DNA from: Candidatus Saccharimonadota bacterium
GTDB lineage: Bacteria; Patescibacteriota; Gracilibacteria; UBA4473
Direction of reading: 5' to 3'
Length of the DNA: 32,000 nucleotides
NCBI GenBank assembly: GCA_965228485.1
Contig: OZ245819.1
Span: 1,140,001-1,172,000 of the forward strand
Made by a program: the position numbers and the translations under genes
Shown: in pieces, positions 24,888 to 32,000 of the stretch
Position numbering within the stretch: the stretch's first letter is position 1
How the letters are laid out: each line of letters starts with the position of its first letter
Notes under the pieces: model-generated
What the model was told of the DNA's origin: nothing
The model's database searches: none
Seen by the model: the letters and a program-made list of their open reading frames with translations, nothing else

Positions 24888-26027
24888 ATGAGAATTATAT
24901 CTTTACTGTTTCTGGTTATATTTTTAGTGGCTTGTAATCCACAAAAACCAAAAACTTGCACATCAGGGTTTGAATGGAACCTTGCGACAAAAAAATGTGA
25001 ATTATCGTCGGATGATTTTTTCTTTGAATCGATAAAGAATGAGGATGAATATCATATTCTTGATTATCCGTTGGTAGGGGAGTCTTTTTCACGCAAATAT
25101 CCAGCTCTTGGAGATTATTTGGAGGCGAGGATCAAAACCTATGTTGATGAATTTATGGCTCAAGTGGAAGACTGGAAACAAGAATCACTGTCTGATACAG
25201 AGGTTGAATTTGGTATGCCCTGGAATATGGGGCTCGAAATTGTTGAACTAGAGGAGCAATCAGAGGTTTTCAGTCTTATGCTTCAAGTGTATCAATATAC
25301 GGGAGGGGCTCATGGAAATGTGTTTTATGAAGGTATTAATTACGACGTTTTACAAAATAAGATTATTACCCTAGATGAAATTTTTGTTTCGGATGAATAT
25401 TTGGTTTCACTTACAGACTTTGTGAAGTCCGATATTATTCGGCAAAAGACAGAGCGATATCCAGAAACAGATTTCTCTGATGATTTTTTTGTGACAGAAG
25501 GGGCTACTCCAGAACCTGAAAATTATGTTGATTTTTTGTTTAAGGCTGATGGTCTAGAATTTTATTTTGCTCCTTATCACATGGGGCCTTATGCAGAAGG
25601 TTCGTTCCAGGTTCTTGTTCCGTGGTCAGTCCTTAATCCTTTTTTAGCGGCTCAATATCAAGGAGAAGAAGCAATACTGAATCCCGTCAATTTTGAAGTG
25701 TTTCGTTTGCCAGCACCTTCTGGTGATGTGGTGGTTCTGAATGATTTTATCCAATCTCCAAGTATTCAGCCGAAGCGGGTTTTGGAAGGGAAAGTGCCTT
25801 CGTCTTGGGTACAGAATGATCAGGTGTCAGTAGCTTTATTAGATTTAAAGGGAAAGGAATTGTGGCAGGGGTATGGTAAGGTAGTTCCAAATCAGGAATT
25901 CTCTGGTTCAATGATGAGTTTTAAAGTGGTGTTTGATTTTAACTCTTTATCTCTTGAAGAAGGTGTTTTGAGGATTGTTTCTCAAAATGATAAGAACTTG
26001 TTTGTAGATTTATTGGTGAGCTTTTAA
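24888..26027 (+). CDS. lipoprotein with a DUF3298 (RsiV/PdaC-type) domain and a C-terminal Gmad2-like Ig domain
   Basis: Lipobox FLVAC at Cys16. The hallmark DUF3298 block is QVYQYTGGAHGN, followed by ...FYFAPYHMGPYAEG. The C-terminal ~90 aa (LEGKVPSSWVQNDQVSVALLDLKGKEL...) resemble the Gmad2 Ig-like fold; that part is less certain. Confidence 0.75.
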   Translation: MRIISLLFLVIFLVACNPQKPKTCTSGFEWNLATKKCELSSDDFFFESIKNEDEYHILDYPLVGESFSRKYPALGDYLEARIKTYVDEFMAQVEDWKQESLSDTEVEFGMPWNMGLEIVELEEQSEVFSLMLQVYQYTGGAHGNVFYEGINYDVLQNKIITLDEIFVSDEYLVSLTDFVKSDIIRQKTERYPETDFSDDFFVTEGATPEPENYVDFLFKADGLEFYFAPYHMGPYAEGSFQVLVPWSVLNPFLAAQYQGEEAILNPVNFEVFRLPAPSGDVVVLNDFIQSPSIQPKRVLEGKVPSSWVQNDQVSVALLDLKGKELWQGYGKVVPNQEFSGSMMSFKVVFDFNSLSLEEGVLRIVSQNDKNLFVDLLVSF

Positions 26028-26116
26028 TTTCCTTTAATATTAAGGTTTCGTTCTGAGTGTCTACTTACTAAAAAATGTATTAAGACTTATCTCTAAAATA
26101 GTTCAAGCGCTTTTTT

Positions 26117-26144
26117 TTGTTCGGGAGTATTTTTGCCTTAAAAT
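26117..26144 (+). promoter_or_regulatory. candidate promoter TTGTTC-N16-TAAAAT for the second fibre gene
   Basis: TTGTTC at 26117-26122 and TAAAAT at 26139-26144. The -10 overlaps the ATG at 26143, which would make the ATG at 26158 (MDKNKFRSSLPFF...) the real start. Confidence 0.3.
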
Positions 26145-29100
26145 GGAGCCTTGTAGAATGGATAAAAATAAATTTCGCTCCTCGTTGCCGTTTTTTTCTC
26201 TTGTTTTAGGAAGTTGTGTGTTCTTCGCGTCACCGGCTTTTGCCATTACGTGGCAGTATGCAACTGATGCAGAATTACAATCAGGACAACCCATTAAAGC
26301 TATACACGTAAAAGAAGTCCGAGATAAAATGGTCTGGGATTTGAATGGTGTTAGAACGTTTTATAATGGTGGTAATGTTGGGATTGGGGTTGCGTCTCCA
26401 AATCACAAGTTAGATATTAGTGGTGGAAATGTTCAGATTCGTGGAACGAGTGCGGGTCCAATTGCCGATACCTTCGGGGGGAATACTCAGCAGTCTTATA
26501 TTCATTTTCCTGCAGTTTCAGGATCGAATGATCCAGGATATATTATGCATGAAACTCGTGGAGCAGAAAATAATGAAGGAGTCCTTCATCTAGCGCCTTC
26601 AGATGATAATGTCTATGGGGATTATGTTTCTATTCATGGGACGAATGATCCAGATAGAATTAAACTTCACACTGATGGGACGGTAGAAGGGGTGACGAAT
26701 TTTACGGCCACAGGAACGGCTCGAATTAGTGGAAGCGTAGGGATTGGAACGACAAGCCCGAATGAAAAATTAGATGTTATCGGTAATATTGAACTTACCG
26801 GACGAATTGATACGGAGATTCCGGTTAATGGTGTGGCCTGGAGTTTTGAAGGTGGTGAATTTATCCGAAAAATGACCGATCGAGGAGGAGTAAGAATTGG
26901 TAAAGATGATTCTCTTGTGATTGGGGATGGAGAGGCTCCTGATACGATTTCCAATAATGTAAATATGTTATCTGAAAATACCTATGTTGGTTCTGATAAT
27001 AATGTTTATATTTACACAGATTTGCAGAATGGATGGGGGTATAGAAAAGCTTTTACTTTTAGAGATAATGGACGTTTTGGAATTGGAACGACCAACCCAG
27101 GACAAACCCTGGATGTTGTGGGAACGACTCAGACTGATTATCTGATTCTTAATCCTCAAGATGGAAGTAGTGAAGGAGGAGAGCTTCGATTAGATGGAGC
27201 TGGTAGTAACACGACTTGGTCTATGGATAATTATGCTGGGAGAATTCGTTTTTATCATGATGGTTCAGAGCGATTAACGATCAGAAATAATGGTCGTGTT
27301 GGGATTGGTACAGCGAGTCCTGGCGCGCCTCTGCACGTTGCGGGGAATATTATTGCGAGTAATCCAACAGCCAGTAATCATGTAGCGACTAAATCCTATG
27401 TAGACTCTCAAGGAGGATCAGACAATCTAGGAGATCATATTGGACGACGGAATCTAGTGTTCAACGATTATGGAAAAGGAGTCGTAGGGACTTATAGCTC
27501 GGTTCGTTACCAGAATTTATTCTCAATGGGAACAGCCTATGTTCCCGCGACGAATGGAACCGCTCTAAACAACATGTATGGGATTGCGTGGACGCATTCG
27601 AATGTTGGGGGAGAGTCAGTTCCAGGGTTGGGACACCAAGCGTTATTTGTAGCGGCGGGAGATACTCGGAGTGCTATTGGGACTGGAGTTTGGACAAAAT
27701 ATGATATAACCGGAAATCGATTTATGGATCAAAACAATACCGGGTACTACCTTGATCCACACTCGGTTTCTTATCTAAATGATATTCGACCAAATATTAT
27801 TTACGATCGGCAAAATACCGGATATTACGTGGATCCAAATGGAACGACAAATCTTAACAACCTTTACGTTCAGGGGAATGAACTGGGGGTTAATGGAGAA
27901 GCGAATTTCTGTGGTTCAGCGGGATGTACTCATTTTGCTTATGATAATGGGGGGCCGAATAATTATATTCGTGGGACGCTTTATCATAATGCTCGAATGT
28001 ATGATGAGAATAATACAGCTTATTCATTAGATATGGATAATGTGTCGTACTTTAATGATATTCGACCGAATGTTATCTATGATCGACAAAATACGGGATA
28101 TTATGTTGATCCAAATGGTTCTACGAATCTTGCGAATCTTCGAAGTACGGGGAATTATGTGATGAATAATGGTTCTCCAACTATCTATCTTCAGGATAGT
28201 GATCATCGGTCAGGGATAATTCATATGAATAGTAATCTGATGTATTTCCTTCGAGGGAGTGGAAATAATAGTACGAATTGGGCAACTTATAATGGGATGT
28301 GGCCGTTGTATTTGAACATGACAAATAATCAGGCTATATTTGGTGGAAGTATTGGAGTTCGTGCAACTCCAGGAGGGTCTTTCCATAATCACGCAGCGAT
28401 TGCCCTAGGGGATAGTGATACCGGAATTCGTCAGGATGGTGATGGTCAGTTAGAACTTTGGACGAACAATGTAGAAAGAATGCATATCCGAAATGATGGG
28501 GCGACTGGAATCGGGGTTGGAAATCCAACGGCTCGTCTTCAGGTTCATAAAGGGGTTACCTATAACGGTAATGCACTTCCCGATTGGGGTGATCGATCGA
28601 CTATTGGAGTAACGGGGACTTATCCAGCGTTGGTGGTAGGTTCTAGTGTGAACAATTGGAATCATGCAGGAGCTATTTCTCTTTGGCATCGTGTAAATGG
28701 TTCTGGTAACACTCGAAACTGGAATATCGGGGCGGCTCAAAATGGTCTAACCATTGGGACGTGTGTGAATAATGGAAATCCTCACTGTGGGCTTGAAAAT
28801 TATTCAGCTGCTTCAATCTTGAGTTTGGAGAATAATGGTAATGTCGGGGTAGGAACAATTGGGCCCGCTCGTAAGTTCCATGTTTATGGACCAAATTACG
28901 TACGATTCCAATCCCCTCATGGGTATGTAGATATTGGGCCAGGGAATGGTTCGTATACGCACTTCTATACAGATCGAGGACAGTATTACTTCAATAAAAG
29001 AATTATGGTTGATGAAGGAGTAATTGGAGCTTACAACGATCATCTTTATCTGAGAACTGGAGGAAATACTCGAATCTTTGCCAATAAAGATAATGGACGA

Positions 29101-29484
29101 GTGGGAGTTGGAAAAACAAACCCAGGTGAGCGATTAGATATTAATGGTTCTGCAAAAGCTGATGCCTTCCTCTATAATTCTGATAGACGACTGAAAAAAG
29201 ATATTCAAACTATTAGTGGTCTTGATATTATTGAACGACTTAGAGGAGTAACTTTCACCTGGAAATCTGATGATTCTAAATCGGTTGGTTTGATTGCCCA
29301 AGAGGTGGAAACAGTTCTGCCTGAAGCGGTAAGAACCAGCGATCAGGATGGATTCAAAACGGTGGATTACGCCAAACTTGTCGCACCACTCATCGAAGCC
29401 GTTAAAGAGCAAAAAGCGCAAATTGAAGCCCAACAAGCTCAGATTAATAATCTGACAAGACAGGTTTCTGAATTACAAAACTAA
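26143..29484 (+). CDS. secreted tail-fibre-like protein with a C-terminal S74 intramolecular-chaperone autoprotease domain (1113 aa; alternative start 26158)
   Basis: Signal peptide ...FFSLVLGSCVFFASPAFA/ITW. Repeated GxVGIGTxxPxxxLDVxG motifs. The tail-fibre-type block NHVATKSYVD. The C-terminus NSDRRLKKDIQTISGLDIIERLRGVTFTWKSDDSKSVGLIAQEVETVLPEAV...VDYAKLVAPLIEAVKEQ plus a coiled coil matches the endosialidase/tail-spike chaperone domain. Confidence 0.9.
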   Translation: MEPCRMDKNKFRSSLPFFSLVLGSCVFFASPAFAITWQYATDAELQSGQPIKAIHVKEVRDKMVWDLNGVRTFYNGGNVGIGVASPNHKLDISGGNVQIRGTSAGPIADTFGGNTQQSYIHFPAVSGSNDPGYIMHETRGAENNEGVLHLAPSDDNVYGDYVSIHGTNDPDRIKLHTDGTVEGVTNFTATGTARISGSVGIGTTSPNEKLDVIGNIELTGRIDTEIPVNGVAWSFEGGEFIRKMTDRGGVRIGKDDSLVIGDGEAPDTISNNVNMLSENTYVGSDNNVYIYTDLQNGWGYRKAFTFRDNGRFGIGTTNPGQTLDVVGTTQTDYLILNPQDGSSEGGELRLDGAGSNTTWSMDNYAGRIRFYHDGSERLTIRNNGRVGIGTASPGAPLHVAGNIIASNPTASNHVATKSYVDSQGGSDNLGDHIGRRNLVFNDYGKGVVGTYSSVRYQNLFSMGTAYVPATNGTALNNMYGIAWTHSNVGGESVPGLGHQALFVAAGDTRSAIGTGVWTKYDITGNRFMDQNNTGYYLDPHSVSYLNDIRPNIIYDRQNTGYYVDPNGTTNLNNLYVQGNELGVNGEANFCGSAGCTHFAYDNGGPNNYIRGTLYHNARMYDENNTAYSLDMDNVSYFNDIRPNVIYDRQNTGYYVDPNGSTNLANLRSTGNYVMNNGSPTIYLQDSDHRSGIIHMNSNLMYFLRGSGNNSTNWATYNGMWPLYLNMTNNQAIFGGSIGVRATPGGSFHNHAAIALGDSDTGIRQDGDGQLELWTNNVERMHIRNDGATGIGVGNPTARLQVHKGVTYNGNALPDWGDRSTIGVTGTYPALVVGSSVNNWNHAGAISLWHRVNGSGNTRNWNIGAAQNGLTIGTCVNNGNPHCGLENYSAASILSLENNGNVGVGTIGPARKFHVYGPNYVRFQSPHGYVDIGPGNGSYTHFYTDRGQYYFNKRIMVDEGVIGAYNDHLYLRTGGNTRIFANKDNGRVGVGKTNPGERLDINGSAKADAFLYNSDRRLKKDIQTISGLDIIERLRGVTFTWKSDDSKSVGLIAQEVETVLPEAVRTSDQDGFKTVDYAKLVAPLIEAVKEQKAQIEAQQAQINNLTRQVSELQN
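27733..28140 (+). repeat. two copies of a 44-codon unit spaced exactly 92 codons apart inside the second fibre gene
   Basis: 27733-27864 encodes NNTGYYLDPHSVSYLNDIRPNIIYDRQNTGYYVDPNGTTNLNNL. 28009-28140 encodes NNTAYSLDMDNVSYFNDIRPNVIYDRQNTGYYVDPNGSTNLANL. Confidence 0.85.
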
Positions 29485-29508
29485 TTACCAGTTTTTTCCC
29501 TTCTATAG

Positions 29509-29541
29509 AACTCCGCTCAATGTTTTGGGCGGAGTTTTTTT
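29509..29541 (+). terminator. rho-independent terminator of the second fibre gene
   Basis: AACTCCGC (29509-29516) pairs with GCGGAGTT (29529-29536). The stem is extendable through CAA/TTG with one mismatch and is followed by a T7 run. Confidence 0.8.
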
Positions 29542-29624
29542 ATTGTCTAAAAAAAGTGATTTTTTGATCATTTAATTATAGGTATTTAAATACTTTTTCC
29601 TAACGAAAAAACGGCGAAATTGGT

Positions 29625-29655
29625 TTGATTCAGCCAGGGGGCATAAGGCTATAAT
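29625..29655 (+). promoter_or_regulatory. candidate promoter of the helicase gene (perfect TATAAT -10)
   Basis: TATAAT at 29650-29655, 23 nt before the ATG at 29679. The best -35 is TTGATT at 29625-29630, but with a long 19-nt spacer. Confidence 0.35.
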
Positions 29656-29678
29656 AGGGCATACACTATTTCTAATAT

Positions 29679-31607
29679 ATGCAGTATTGCTATCGGTTTC
29701 AGCAGCTTATCGAGCTGGAGAGACAGGCAGAAAGAGACAGACATCAACAAGAAATCGAGAATTTAACCGCCCATGAGCGTCGTCAGTTAGGTCGTTGTGA
29801 GTTTTATCTGAGAGGATTTAAGGCTCCAGCGGTTTTTCATTATACGGTGGTGCGTTTTGCGAAAAAAGGACGGTTGGATACGAAAATTTCAGTTGGAGAT
29901 TTAGTTTTGGTTTCTAAAGGAAATCCTTTGGAAAGTGATCTGACTGGGACGGTTACTCAGATTAATAAAACTTGTTTGTTGGTGGCTTTCGAAAACCTAC
30001 CTCCAAAATGGGTTTATAGTAGTGGTATTCGTGTTGATCTTTATACAAATGATATTCCGTATGTGCGGATGCAGCAGAACCTTATCTGGTTTCAGAAAAT
30101 TAAGCATCCACTTAAATCTTTTCTTTTGGGAGAGAGACCAGCATTTGTGCCGAAGCCAGTAGATTTTGAACCGTATAATAAACAGTTGAATCCTTCTCAG
30201 AGAGATTCGATTTCTTCAGCGTTGGGAACTCGGGACATGTTTTTGATTCATGGCCCTCCGGGAACGGGGAAAACGACTACTTTGGCCGAGCTCGTATTTC
30301 AGGCCGTTAATAGAAGTAAGCGCGTTCTTGCAACGGCGGAATCCAATACTGCGGCAGATAATTTATTGGTGAAACTTTCTCGGTATCCAGACTTAAAAAT
30401 TGTTCGGGTAGGACATCCCGCTCGGATTGTTCCAGGATTTGAAGAGTATTCATTGTTTGCTCATTTTAATCAGCATCCACTCGCTCAAAAAATTATAGAA
30501 AAGAAAAATGAGGTATTGGGATTACGTACTCGACAAAAGAAATTTCAGCGACCTATTCCTGCTTTGAGAAGAGGAATGTCTGATGAAGAAATTGCCCGAA
30601 GTGCTCGAAGTGGAAAAGGACGAAAAGGGGTGCGTGTTAAGACTATGTGTTTGATGTATGGATGGTTGAAGATTGAAAATCAGGTAAGCCAAAAGATGTC
30701 GGCGTTGAAAGAGTTAGAAGCTCAAATTTTCTCTGATATTTTAAAATCGGCTGATGTGGTCATATCCACAAATTCAATGGCAGGGAGCGAGGTAATGACG
30801 GATCAATATTTTGATTTGGCAGTGATTGATGAGGGGAGTCAACAAGTAGAACCTTCTACGTTGATTCCGATTTTGAAAGCTCGACGATTTATATTGGCAG
30901 GAGATGATTGTCAGCTACCACCAACCGTTATTAATCCAAAAGCTCAAGATTTGAAATATACGCTTTTTGCGCGTTTGAAGTCGGCTTATCCTCAGAATTC
31001 AGCTATGTTGACGGTTCAGTATAGAATGAATGATTCAATTCTTTCTTTCCCGAAACATAAATTTTATTCCAGTCAGCTGCGATCAGCTAAGACCGTGCAG
31101 TCTCATACAATTGCTGATCTTTTGGCTGATCCGCAAAAGGCGGTTTCAGAACTTCTTAATCCAGAGCGGCCAGTAGTATTTGATGATACTTCATTGGTGG
31201 GAGAAGAAGCGTTTGAGCATCGAAATCATCGGCAATTTTCTTATGAAAATAATTTTGAAGTCACTGAAGCACTTCAGTTGGTGGAGGAGTGTTTGAGTTC
31301 AGGTTTGCAGCCCGAGCATATTGGGATTATTTCTCCTTATGCAGCTCAGGTGAGATTGATGAAAAAAACCCTTGGTGATTTATCAGTTGAGGTGGATTCA
31401 ATTGATGGATTTCAGGGACGAGAGAAGGAAGTAATCATCCTATCTCTTGTTCGGGCTAATCTGGAGGGAAATATTGGATTCTTGGAGGATGTAAGACGTT
31501 TGAATGTGGCGATTACAAGAGCGAAAAGAAAACTCATCATTATTGGACATGGAGCAACGGTGAAGCATCACCCTGTTTATAAGGAATGGTTGGAGACTAT
31601 TCGGTAA
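29679..31607 (+). CDS. SF1B Upf1/IGHMBP2 (SMUBP-2)-like helicase
   Basis: 642 aa. N-terminal beta-barrel-type region (LIELERQAE...GDLVLVSKG...GTVTQINKTCLLVAF). Helicase motifs LNPSQRDSI, HGPPGTGKTTT, VIDEGSQ, LAGDDCQLPPTV, TVQYRMN, DGFQGREKEVIILSLVR and LNVAITRAKRKLIIIG. Confidence 0.9.
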   Translation: MQYCYRFQQLIELERQAERDRHQQEIENLTAHERRQLGRCEFYLRGFKAPAVFHYTVVRFAKKGRLDTKISVGDLVLVSKGNPLESDLTGTVTQINKTCLLVAFENLPPKWVYSSGIRVDLYTNDIPYVRMQQNLIWFQKIKHPLKSFLLGERPAFVPKPVDFEPYNKQLNPSQRDSISSALGTRDMFLIHGPPGTGKTTTLAELVFQAVNRSKRVLATAESNTAADNLLVKLSRYPDLKIVRVGHPARIVPGFEEYSLFAHFNQHPLAQKIIEKKNEVLGLRTRQKKFQRPIPALRRGMSDEEIARSARSGKGRKGVRVKTMCLMYGWLKIENQVSQKMSALKELEAQIFSDILKSADVVISTNSMAGSEVMTDQYFDLAVIDEGSQQVEPSTLIPILKARRFILAGDDCQLPPTVINPKAQDLKYTLFARLKSAYPQNSAMLTVQYRMNDSILSFPKHKFYSSQLRSAKTVQSHTIADLLADPQKAVSELLNPERPVVFDDTSLVGEEAFEHRNHRQFSYENNFEVTEALQLVEECLSSGLQPEHIGIISPYAAQVRLMKKTLGDLSVEVDSIDGFQGREKEVIILSLVRANLEGNIGFLEDVRRLNVAITRAKRKLIIIGHGATVKHHPVYKEWLETIR

Positions 31608-31639
31608 CTAAATTCTTTATAGGATTCTTTTTTCTAATA

Positions 31640-31680
31640 AAAAAACAGGCTTGTCGATGTCTTAGACAAGCCTATTTTTA
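31640..31680. terminator. bidirectional rho-independent terminator between convergent helicase and aldolase genes
   Basis: AGGCTTGTC (31647-31655) pairs with GACAAGCCT (31665-31673), a perfect 9-bp stem with a 9-nt loop. An A-run lies upstream and a T-run downstream. Confidence 0.75.
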
Positions 31681-31701
31681 ATAATTATATTTTGGAGAAA
31701 A

Positions 31702-32000
31702 CTACGTGATAGAGGCTTGGTAAATTTCTTCGATTGAGTTTGAGATTGTTACCGTGAATTCTTCTTCGCTTTGCTTGGCGGAGAGTCCTTCTGTTAGGGC
31801 TCGCGAGAAACTGGCGATCATTCCTTTGTTTTCGGTAAGTCGTCGATTCGCTTCTTCTCGAGAATATCCTCCAGAAAGAGCGACTACTCGTACTACATTC
31901 GGATGATTGATAGCATCTGCGTAGAAATTAGCTTCTTCTGGAAGTGTTAGTTTTAGCATTACGTATTGACCACTTTTTAGCTGGTTTAGGTGGTTCATGA
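31702..32000 (-). CDS. fda: class I fructose-bisphosphate aldolase, C-terminal ~99 codons (gene continues beyond the right edge)
   Basis: [12 protein letters not shown]......[32 protein letters not shown]...L...QS.EEF.......I..IY.AS aligns by eye almost block for block with the C-terminus of Staphylococcus-type class I aldolase Fda. Confidence 0.8.
   Translation of the reverse strand, partial: MNHLNQLKSGQYVMLKLTLPEEANFYADAINHPNVVRVVALSGGYSREEANRRLTENKGMIASFSRALTEGLSAKQSEEEFTVTISNSIEEIYQASIT

Noticed and set aside
23099-26142. Shared ECF-type promoter motif (GAAC-like -35 / CGT- or GTC-like -10) upstream of both the sigma gene and the fibre gene
   Set aside because: Only a short TGTCT string is common to both (23173-23177 and 26058-26062), and the corresponding -35 regions do not resemble each other. 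That is too weak to call, so the regulatory link is reported only as a positional inference.
11009-29484. Prophage or phage remnant as the explanation for the tail-fibre-like genes
   Set aside because: There are no terminase, portal, capsid, tail tube, baseplate, lysis, integrase or att-like features. The genes between the two loci are housekeeping (murA, lemA, ECF sigma). Both proteins carry Sec signal peptides. Regions outside the window cannot be excluded.
1-32000. Alternative genetic code (for example UGA recoding, as in some uncultivated lineages)
   Set aside because: Genes of 2-5 kb read through uninterrupted with the standard code, the stops I checked by eye are TAA or TAG, and conserved proteins (MurA, PBP, helicase) have normal lengths. 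No recoding is needed.

Overview
AT-rich bacterial chromosomal segment with about 22 protein genes. I saw no rRNA, tRNA, CRISPR array, transposase, integrase or reverse transcriptase. Long ORFs are intact in the standard genetic code. Shine-Dalgarno sequences are mostly absent, and several genes sit only a few nucleotides downstream of sigma70-like promoters. The content is dominated by the cell envelope. Recognisable genes are PgeF/YfiH, a class A PBP, MurA, a LapA-domain protein, LemA, an ECF sigma/anti-sigma operon and many Sec-exported proteins, plus Grx2-type glutaredoxin, a Upf1/IGHMBP2-like SF1 helicase and the 3' end of class I fructose-bisphosphate aldolase. The most unusual content is two paralogous, signal-peptide-bearing, phage-tail-fibre-like giant proteins with no other phage genes nearby. 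The first (1767 aa, 11009..16312) carries six copies of an unrecognised ~93-aa module. The second (1113 aa, 26143..29484) ends in an S74-type intramolecular-chaperone autoprotease domain and lies directly downstream of an ECF sigma / anti-sigma / DUF3298-type sensor lipoprotein operon. Other points worth a second look: a tandem 63-bp structured repeat with divergent spacers after the giant gene; an apparent HTH-MurA fusion that depends on a G8 homopolymer; an 809-aa ORF that looks like two secreted proteins joined by a membrane hairpin; and a LemA-centred four-gene operon. All functional calls come from motif recognition by eye; no database search was run.
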